Source: Balanoglossus misakiensis (Eukaryota; Animalia; Hemichordata). Taken from it: a stretch of DNA of 64,000 nucleotides. Made by a program: the position numbers and the translations under genes. A model generated the notes under the pieces. The model was not told the DNA's origin, did no database searches, and saw nothing but the letters and a program-made list of their open reading frames with translations. The DNA lies in assembly GCA_040954595.2 (NCBI GenBank), contig CM082593.2, positions 3,675,434 through 3,739,433 of the forward strand, in the 5' to 3' direction. Shown piece by piece: positions 14,042-24,200 of this stretch (within the stretch, counting starts at the first letter, position 1; every line of letters starts with the position of its first letter).

Positions 14042-15175
14042 ATGGATAACGTAACGGCAGCTATGGTGGGGAATGGTACGGAGGGGGTTGGACTGAGCAC
14101 GGACCAAGGACTGACCGACTTGGAGATGTACATGAGATGGCGGGCCTGGTTCATCTCCGCCATCGCCAAAATGCACACGCCGCCGCTAGCGACGACGACT
14201 ATCAGCGTAGCGTTCATGTTCCTGATCATCGCCGGCAACGTGTGGGTCATCGCTGCCGTCGTTCGCCAGCCCAAGCTCCGGAACTCGGCCACGAACGTGT
14301 TCATCGTGTCCATGTCCATCTCGGACCTCATCATCGGCGTGGCGTTCATCCCGATCCACGTGGCCGACTTCGCGTACGGCCGCAAGATGAGCGACCCGGC
14401 GCTCTGCTTCGTGACGTCTTTCCTGCACAGCTGCGCCATGTGCGGCACCACGGCGTCGCTGATATGCATCGGCGTCGACCGCTACCGAGCCATCGTCCAC
14501 CCGCTGACGCCCAAGTGGACGGCCGGACAGGCGGTCAGGCGGAGCGCCGCTGCCTGGTTCGCCTGCGCCGTGTACTCAGTCCAGGTGTACGCGAACTCCG
14601 GTATCAAGACTACCAAGGCTATATTTGGCAACGAGACGGTGATTATCTCCGAAGAATGCAGCGTAATTCGGAAGGACATTGACAAGTGGATGCGAGTTGA
14701 ATACTTCTGCATGTTATACGCCATACCGTTAATCATACTGTTCGTCCTGTACGGCATCATGATAAAAACGCTGTGGTTCGGACGATTTCCTTCCAACAAC
14801 CACAACCGCAACAAGAAGAAGTCGGTGAAAATGTTAAGCTTCGTGGTTCTCCAGTTCGCGCTAACGTGGGGACCCCTGTACTCCTTGCAACTGTATTACA
14901 CACACGAAACCAACCCCCCGTACGATGCCTTGCTATTTTCCAACACCCCGGCCAACATCACAATAATGATATCCTTCTGCAACAGCTGCATCAACCCCGT
15001 CCTCTATGCTTACTACAACAAGAATTTCCGCAAGGAATTCACCAGGATGTTCCCTTGCCTCTACAAACAGTCTCTGGCCGTGACAGGCTCCACCAGGACG
15101 AGTTCGATGGGAATTCAAGGAACACACGTGTCTACCGTGAGCACTTCAACGTTACTCGACGTCGGACGGGTTTGA
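14042..15175 (+). CDS. Class A (rhodopsin-type) GPCR, neuropeptide-receptor-like (RFamide/QRFP/NPY-type group), 377 aa, single coding exon
   Basis: Seven hydrophobic segments with TM1 GN, TM2 SISD, TM3 C...DRY, TM4 W, an ECL2 Cys, TM5 YAIP, TM6 FALTWGP, TM7 NSCINPVLY and helix 8 NFRKEF. N-glycosylation sequons NVT and NGT at the N-terminus. Splice acceptor ttttctttcag ends at 14026, so the real start is the ATG at 14042, not the TTG at 13982 given by the ORF track. The ligand subfamily cannot be determined by eye. Confidence 0.95.
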   Translation: MDNVTAAMVGNGTEGVGLSTDQGLTDLEMYMRWRAWFISAIAKMHTPPLATTTISVAFMFLIIAGNVWVIAAVVRQPKLRNSATNVFIVSMSISDLIIGVAFIPIHVADFAYGRKMSDPALCFVTSFLHSCAMCGTTASLICIGVDRYRAIVHPLTPKWTAGQAVRRSAAAWFACAVYSVQVYANSGIKTTKAIFGNETVIISEECSVIRKDIDKWMRVEYFCMLYAIPLIILFVLYGIMIKTLWFGRFPSNNHNRNKKKSVKMLSFVVLQFALTWGPLYSLQLYYTHETNPPYDALLFSNTPANITIMISFCNSCINPVLYAYYNKNFRKEFTRMFPCLYKQSLAVTGSTRTSSMGIQGTHVSTVSTSTLLDVGRV

Positions 15176-17253
15176 CAGAAGTACGGGGTGTGTTTAGAAA
15201 GACCCACCCCCCCGGGGGGGGGGGTAAAGGTTTGAAGGGGAAAAATCCAATCCTAAGTTATCTCATCATTCTTGTTGTCTCTGTCTGTTTATAGGATGGA
15301 AGGCCTTTGAATCTTTATCAAGTTAATCCAATTGCTTGTATTACTCCATTTGCTTTGAGATAGATTTGATAGAGAAGATGCGACTTTAAATAGGAAGGTG
15401 GAACTTTTCATATTTTCTTCATATTACTTCAATCTCTACTTCATTACTTTTTAAACATAAGAGTTCTTTGTTCCTGCACGTCGAAAGACTACCAAACAGT
15501 AGCTACGAAGTGATAGAATCCTAGTTAAATGTAGATACAACATTATATTCTTCTTAACAGTCTTTTGAAACCAGATTTTTCACCTTTTGGCTACAACCTT
15601 TAGTATCATACCTGTGAGACTGCCGTCCGGGTGGCATATCTGCTTGATGCTCGTTTGTTATGACATATTTTCCCGCCAACGTGACATTTGGGACAGGGAT
15701 GGCCACCGCGGCGTGTTTGAAACCTGTCTGTTTGGCGGAGCTTTTATTCGCGCTGAGGCGGAAATGTCAAAGGAAATAACTAAAGAGCCGATGGCAATCA
15801 GTGATGACAACATGACTCCGAGAAAAAAAGGTCAAGTGGCTAAGTTTTTTGCCAACGACAACCCTTTTAACGGGCACTTCAATACATAATTGTAAAGTGG
15901 GACTGTAATGTTGAGGGGGTTAAAAGGTATGAGATTTTTATGTAGACGTAATTGAAAGAGATATTTCGCCTTAATGTCTTGCAAAATGCTTCTAATTAGA
16001 TGGAGTATCGGCGAGCCATCAATCGGGTTTGATTTTTATGATTTGACTTCAACAGAAGACACGTTTTCTGTCTTGGTCTGAAATTAAGTGGAAGGAAGCA
16101 TGCTTTTGAAGCCGCTATGAATCTTTTATCACCGCAATGCTGTATCACACCGTTAGAGCAACATTGTCAATGGCACTATTTTTCGTGTTTATGGAAACAA
16201 ATATACGAGATGTTTCGAAGTAAGTGACATTCTTGTTGAATGTATTTGATGACAGCTTTACCACGTGAAATGTAAATGTTTAAATGTATTTTCATTAAAA
16301 TATATCTGATATATTGCACACCAATTATTTAACTTCTTACTAATTTGCATATTTAGATTATTCTACTGTTGTATTGAAGAATAAATGCGAGTATTTAACA
16401 ACATCAGTTTACACACATCAAATATACCTGATATACAGAACAGACAGAAGTTTGACGTTAGGAAATAAATGTGCTCTTGCCAAAACACCAATGATGTATT
16501 TGTCCCTTTAACTATTAAAAAGTGCGTACAAACATGTAAATACTTTCTATTGCCGTGAATAACGTGACATTTGCCTTTTGGTACTTCTATTTGACATGTC
16601 CCTATCAATCAGACTTCCAACCGATCCGAAGATCCCGTGAGGAGTACGGTGCCCAGGGTTGTGAAGAATGACAACAATGCCTCTAATGAACTGTAACAGA
16701 CTGATTTTTTCGTTCATTCAAAAGCATAACTCCATTGGACATAAAGATGCCTCTAAACACTTTATTCCTTATAAGACACTTCATATAAACATTGGATAGA
16801 AAAATAAATCTACAGTATTCAGTTTAGAAAAAAATATATGTCACCAATCTAGTAAATCATTGTCCATGTATACTGTATGATTATAATTGGCAGGAATAAA
16901 AAAGTCATGTTTCTCCCCTCCCTGTAAAATGAAAGAATCTGGTTCTTTTGTAAAACAAAATGAAGACAATCCATTGTAGTTAGACACAGGGCAGTCACTC
17001 TTTCTCACCAACTGAATTTTCCTCGTGACAATTTGCCTCTTTCACCAATTAGAAAAAAACAAATATTGCATGGCTCATGTGGTGACTGCCCAAGATAACA
17101 AAAATATGGCATGGTTCTTGAAACTAACGGCATATCAGATGTTTTGTGTGGTGTTCAATGGAGATGGCCAGGTCAGCGTAGACCTTTGCAGATTTGCAGG
17201 GAGGGGGTGTCAATGCTATATATAAATATAAACCGTGCCCTAAGCTTCATTAA

Positions 17254-17823
17254 AGCCCAAATAGTTGCTACTTTTGTTTTTTTTATGATTTTACTGAAAA
17301 ACTAAAATGGTACATTTAAATGAACTTACTGATGGTCAGCGTAGCAATGATTGACGTGTTTGAGCGTCTCTGCACCAGCCCTGGTCAGGCTGGCAATTCC
17401 CAACTGATCTGTTGCGCAGTAGTTTCGACAAGAATATCCGTCCGTGAACCAAAACTCGTAGACCGATCACCGTTACCGAGCACACCTCATCCATACGGGA
17501 CGACGAAGTGCCCGGAAGCGCCTCACAACTTGTACAACGGCCCTCTTTTGATCTTTGTGCGAGGGAAAACATTCAGCCGCGGCCATCTTGAATTTCGCTC
17601 GCGATCGCGCCCACGAAATTACGCGCATGTGCATGTACCTTTAAATGTGAACAAGCCGAGTAATAAACAGGTGTCACACCCATTTATTCAGACTCCCATA
17701 AGCTGTGTGTGTACTGTTATAATGTAAACAAAATCAGATGGAGTCACCCGTCATCCAAGGATAGTGAGAAGACTGGAGTATTTTATCAATAGAAATATGC
17801 CATAAATGGCAGCTATTGGTGCT
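17254..17823. mobile_element. Putative non-autonomous DNA transposon (Kolobok-type MITE), 570 bp
   Basis: TTAA flanks at 17250-17253 and 17824-17827. Imperfect terminal inverted repeats: AGCCCAAATAGTTGC versus AGCACCAATAGCTGC (reverse complement of the right end). AG...CT ends with a TTAA target duplication are typical of Kolobok. No transposase ORF. Confidence 0.55.
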
Positions 17824-18400
17824 TTAACTGTAAATATACCAAATATTCTTGATTCATCATGCCATTGCTGTTCACAAATGGTATGCTAAATTTAGCAGAC
17901 ATGCTGCAAAATCCGAACATATTCTACAAAACAAATTTAAAATGCTTTTTTTTCTTATACATGGTAATATACTTCAATGGTCAAAAACTCAACCTTGAAT
18001 TAGCGTTTATGAATATGATTACGGGACAGTTTCAGTTTAGTTTTCTACAGAAAAAGACAACTTCTCGTAAATGATATTGAGATGCTGTCCTCTTTGGGGA
18101 AAACTGAACTGAAATGTTACCTAGACTGTTAAAGAAACAGTTTCTTTTACGTCGTGAATACCGATTAGATTAAATTGAAAGAGTACTATGAATATGGACA
18201 GAAGCTGCCAATCAGATGAAATGTTAAAAAATGATGAGGTTGCTCAAAATGGCACTACAGCAAGCAATGATAAGTTTCTAGTCTTCAGTGTTTTCTTCTG
18301 AAATCAAAACTACTGAAAACTTCTCAGTAGTTACACATCATGATGCATATTCCAGGTCAGAGTTGAAAGGTCATGGGTCTATATACTGTAGGACTTCGTC

Positions 18401-21234
18401 TTACATTTGCTGAATCTGTAACAAAACAGAAAATTGCGGACAAATTAGGTGAAGTGAAAATATGATGGAAAACAAAGCCTGTCTCAGTGTAGGCAATCAA
18501 TTTGCAAGATCAAAAAAAGACAAGATCGATTTGCAGAGAAATTTCCTAAACATTTCTACGATTTTCTGGAGATTCCTTTCACCTCTCCATCAAATTTGAC
18601 ACCACCGGGTGTTGTGACATCCACACTGACATTTGCGCGGTGCGGTGGAGTCGGCTGTCTTTGCGGAGTGGATGACGTCGATGGCTGCTGCTCGTCGGCT
18701 TGGTACGAATAGTTGTAGTGGTAGTTGTCATTGTCCGGTGTCGGGTCAGCGGGTCCAGTCTTCTTCTCCGGGATGAGATCGCCGTACGCGGCATTGTCGA
18801 ACGTCACTCCCGATTTGTAGTCGGGTGGCGGCTCGGACGGGTAACCAGGGGCTCTTTGCTTCTTCAAATATCTGAGGTCAAAAATGAGAAAATATCGTTT
18901 TGAGAGTATTCAAAATTGAAGTCTTCTCCTACAAAACAAATCTTCATGAGTTTGGTAAAAACAAAAACGTTGCCTCATAATCACATGGTTGCGCTCCAAT
19001 CACGCCTATCAATCCATGAAGTCATTCACGTAATGCGAAGCCATCTCGTCTGTTGAAACCACGTACCTGAGACTGAGCATGTAGATTATAGTGATAAGTA
19101 CAATCACTGCACCCAGAACGCCACCAACAATGGCTGCAATATCTCTCTTCTGTGAAGTACTGAGTCCATCTGCAAGAAATGTAACAGATAATAACCCAGT
19201 TATGTGGATGTTTCAGAAATAAATTTAGCGGCGAAAGCATACAACTTTGTATTGGAGACATTATTTAGCTTGAAATGCGACAAAGATGTCACTTACTGTA
19301 GGCATATTTGTGTGTCTGGCATCGCTGGCCAATGTAATACCCAATGCAAGTACAATTGCGGTTTCCAAACTGATCCATCATACAGATTCCATCATTGTAA
19401 CAGTAATTATCACATGCTCCTGAAAATACAACATTTTTCACACGTTATGTATAAGGAATGATTTTTTGTAATACAAAGATATGTTTGGCTGAGCTTTGTC
19501 CAAACTGGACATATTAGGGTGACGTTCTCCATGTCATTTTGAATGCTGGGTTCAGGGGACTTACAGTATACATTCACAGAAAGTGGGAGGGTTTACTTAC
19601 TCTCTGAAATCTGGCACATATCACCAGAGTATCCCTCGCTACATTCACAAACTGGGTAGCCCTTATTGTTGAGGGTACACACGCCCTCATTCTTGCAATA
19701 GTCAATGCACAGGTCTGCCAAAAGAAAAATATTACTAATATTAGCAACACATCAACGATAATGTGTTATTGAACAGTTTTTTTTTCAATAGAATACACAA
19801 TTTGTTTGGTCTTGCACTGACCTACATGTACATGATTATAAAATCTGCAGTACAAACTTACCTGAATTGCATGAAGGTGAATCAGCTTCGCATCCTGTAG
19901 AGATAAAAAATGATGCAAATTAGCAGCCATATTGGGAGAAAACACTGTGAGTTTTCATTCTGTTACAAAAGAAACTGTAACAGCAGACTTAAGTTATTTT
20001 TAAGAAGAAATATGAACTATGTGTTTGCATACTATGAGCACAAGTATAATTATAGGTTCCCACGCAAAAAAAGAACAGAAAAAGATAGTTACCAATGCAC
20101 TGAGAAGATGCAACTGATCCCTCTGTCAGTGTGGTTGTCATGGCAGGACATCTCTTGCAGTACGTCTGACCAATCACAGACTGGTATTCACCCAGTGGAC
20201 ATGGCTCACACGTACCGCTGGCCACATCTTTGTAACTGCCGATGTTACACTCGACTGTCATCAAAACACAGAAGGCAAAAATTAGGAGGAAACAGATTTA
20301 AGATGCAAGAGAAACGAAATCTGCATAAATCAAACATGGCTGACTGACCGATCGTGGGATTTGACACCCTGCACTAAGGCAAACTGCAATCATACATCTT
20401 CTGACAAAAACTAAGGGCGACCTGCAGTCGTTAAACTTACCAACATTGCAATCTGACTCGGAAACAGCTCCTGTGATGGAAGTAGTGAAACCAAACGGAC
20501 AGTTTCTGCACGATGTCTCCTCAGCGAGACCGTAGGTACCGACTGGACAGGGTGTGCAGTCTCCGCTAATGCCAAGCTGTTTGCCGGCATCCATACATAC
20601 AACTGCAACAATGACAAAAAGCGGATTAGACCATATAAAAGCGTTTGAAAGTGATTAGCACATTGAGGCTTGGTGTTCTGCACTGCACTGGTCATAATAA
20701 ATTACTACAACTACAACCTCATCTTGTTATACGAGTCCATGAACTTACAATTGCAATCAGTGACTGATGTAGAGGCTGTGTTTGCGGTGGACATGAAAGA
20801 TGGACACGCCTTGCATGAGAATTTTCCGCCTTCGTCTTGATAAAAGCCGAGAGCACATGGCTCGCATCGACCATCTTGGTTGTAATATCCCAACTCACAG
20901 CTCACTATTGTAAAATAGAAAAAAAAGGCATTTTAAGTTTGATTATTGTAGGTTGTAGGAAATGGAATGGGAAGCAACCAAAACAAAAATAAAACAAGTT
21001 TGTCAACTTACTAAGTGAGAATACTTTCCAGACAAAAGAAGTAGTGAAATTTCTAACCATTGAAGGACTCACCTACACACATACTGTAAGAGGTGGAACC
21101 AACACCTTCTGTCGTCTTTTGAGAACCACATGACTGACATGTGACCTGGGCTTCCTTATCCTGGTACTCTCCTTTGGGACACTTCTTGCATTTGTCTTCT
21201 GTTGTGTTGTGGTACTCTCCCAGTGGGCAGTTGA
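18401..21234 (-). CDS. Paralog A GCC repeats x4, 33-nt microexon, EGF x2, transmembrane helix and cytoplasmic tail
   Basis: [26 protein letters not shown] followed by RYLKKQR (exon 19067-19169). Tail exon 18583-18871. Last exon IQQM* after acceptor tttgttacag. Read-through to a stop at 18556 is an alternative ending. Confidence 0.88.
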
Positions 21235-24200
21235 CTATTTGGAGGCAAAGAATAAAGAATCACATTATATGAACAAGACAAGATGGCCGCAAGGGTATAT
21301 TCTAACATTGCACACCCTGTAGTAATCACCCTGCACAAACTGACTTTCTGTTAAAGAATATGCCCAACACTTACTGCAAGTGACATCATTGAGAATTTTG
21401 CCGTCCGGGCACGAAATGGTGGTGAAGCTCTCAATGGATTGTGGGTCAGCTGTAAAGCCGTCCGTATTGAACTCGCCGTCAAAGGCCGCATCCTCTAAGA
21501 CCTCGTCAACTGACCGTCCGTCCTCAGTTGGATTCGGGCTGTTGATAATAAACGAATAAAGAAAATATCTGACTGAGCCATGCCACATAAAAATTGGTAA
21601 TGTTAGGATTACCCACAATGCTGTGCAACCCAAGTCCACCAAAGTCTACCAACGACGACCGATGAGGAAACATAGATACTTACTTGGTGCCAAAAGAAAA
21701 GTCAAGAGCGGCCGTGGTGGCAGTGTCGTCTTGGCGTTTGCGTCTTAACGTCCCGTCTGGTAGACTCTCGTCGCAGACAACCTGAGTACTGGAGAAGTCG
21801 CAAGCGTCAGAGCCGCAGATTCCAAACAGCGAATTCAGGTATTCCAATTTCTCGATAAATGCCGCCTTCAACAAACTGTTGGGTTCCCTCTCACCGTTGG
21901 GGTCGTCGGGGTCGCACTCTGCGACCGAGAACTCCATGCTACCTTCCGTGTGGCAGTCGGCTGGATCACTGCCTAATCATCACAGAGAAAAAACAGAAAG
22001 AGAAATTAGTGAAGCTTGATAAAAAGTATCATAATGCCTTGATGGGAAAGGATTAAAGACTGAAAGAAGTTTAATATACAATATACGCACTCATCATCTG
22101 GTGTGATTTTTATCCCATACCTGCACATCCGGGGAAAACGAAGGGTTCATCCGGAGCCTCCGGATCCCACACTCCCTCGCTTCCGCATGCGTAGTAAGGA
22201 GCTGGCAGCACAGTGAACACTTTGCCGACGTTGCATCCGATGGTACAATAGAGACCGTACTCCCATGTGTCGCACGTCTTGCTGCCCTCTATAGGTGGAG
22301 ATGGATCGGGGCAATCGATGGCTGAGGAAACAAAACAGAAGACAGAATGTGAATAGCGGCCTCTACATGTATGCTAATATTCAAAACAACACTTTCTTCC
22401 TGATTGAATACTTGATACAAAGGGTGTCATAATGCTGAGGGTGTCGGTATACTCACGAGTGATGTAAAGCCTAAAGCTGCAAGCAGCCGTATTGTTGTTG
22501 GCATCGTACGCCACACAAGTCACAGAGTAGACTCCCCAGGCCACTGTTGCGCCATTTTCGATGGTACACGAAACGTCGACGACGCCCACATTGTCCTCGT
22601 AATCTAATTCACCGTAGTCAACCACTGTCAGCCGACTGTCGGGGTTCACGATGCGCACATCAGCAGGACATGTGATGGTTGGTGGCTCCTTGTCTGTGAA
22701 AATCGGGCGGAAAAATATTGAAGTTCATGTTTGGTTGCCATATTGGATATTGCATTATGGGTAAATCATAAACCTACGTGTGATGTCAGAAGTCAGGAAA
22801 TACCAAAAATAACCACATCAGATTGATCACAAAATTTATGAATTAGAATTCACATACCCCCACATGGACAACCTTTGTAGAAACTCTCATCTGGGCACTG
22901 GTGTCCGCCACAGATGGACGGTCTGATGACATGTGTGCAGCCGACGCGGTAATACTGACAGTATATCCATTCCACAATGTCTCCTTGCTCGTCACGGACG
23001 CGACAACCCCGCGAGTAAATATCGCTGATTTCGCTGGCATCGAACACCCTGCTGTGCATGTTGAATTGGCTGATTTCGCCGTGGAACGCCAGGCTGTCGT
23101 CGCTCGACTCGTAGGGGCGTCCGAGCATAATCTTCAACCTGTTTGAGACCAAAAGTGCCCATTATTTTGACAACAGTCAGAGCGACACTGTACATTAACA
23201 ACTTCAGTGATGATTATAAACAAATAAACTTGTTTGTATCTGCCTTGATCTCTCAGCGGTGTTTTATTGAGCCCATAGGGCAGAAATTTACTGCCAATCC
23301 TGAAATGTCCACAGCTCGAAGCTTACCAATCTGATGTTGTTTCTCCAGTCCTGACATTGTCCCTGCTGATTGCGGCCTCTCCATCGATGTACCAGGTCAA
23401 CGATCCTGACTCTGAGTCCCAGGTCAGAGCCAAGTGGTGCCACATCCTGTCCTGAATGTCGTCAAATGGTTCGCCGGATGGTAACTCATGGGCCACTGTG
23501 AAATCAGTGCTGGGGAAGGGAAAAATTCACAAAATGTACCGTCAATGTACAAATGTGTGAAATGTATATGAATTTGATGAATCAGTCTCCACATTTAGTT
23601 CGTGCTACGAGACATCTTTACACTTTCACTGATCTGTTATGACTTGTTCACCAATCAAATTTAATTTCTGACTTATAACAACAGAACTGTATTACTTTCA
23701 CGATGCAACATGCGTGGTGATTGGTTATAAAGCAAGACTTACAACTCTTGGGTGTCCGACTCGATGACCTGGAATGGAGTACCGCCGCTGTCTTCACAGG
23801 CGTATCGGATCCAAAACATGAAAGTGTATGCGGAGGCACTGAAAGTCTGGGCTGGTGATTGGGCGTAGGACGAGTCTTCAGCACAGAAGTACAAGTCGAA
23901 GTTCGGACGCTTCTCTGAAATGATACACAAAAGGGCAACAGAAGACCAATCAGAACTGGGGCAATAGTATGCACCTGCCAGCCCTGGTGTACTAATTGGG
24001 CTCTTTTACGAATACACTCTCTCAAGCTAGTAGAACATTTGGCTATGTACACAAAGTGTAGATTGGGTGTTTTTTCTCTAGATAACCAATAGCAATCATC
24101 ACCTCTAAAATTTGCGTTGTACAAATTTTACGAAGATGAAGTTGCATTTTTAGTTTCTGACAGGGATTTCACAGTTGGTGATACTCTCTGAAAAAAACGA

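Noticed and set aside
15206-15225. C7G11 run just after the GPCR stop as a terminator hairpin or G-quadruplex
   Set aside because: It is a simple homopolymer run, similar runs occur elsewhere in the window (452, 4441, 40923), and nothing supports a function.
14023-15294. Several antisense and shifted ORFs over the GPCR
   Set aside because: These are the expected shadows of high GC3 codon usage and show no recognisable protein features.
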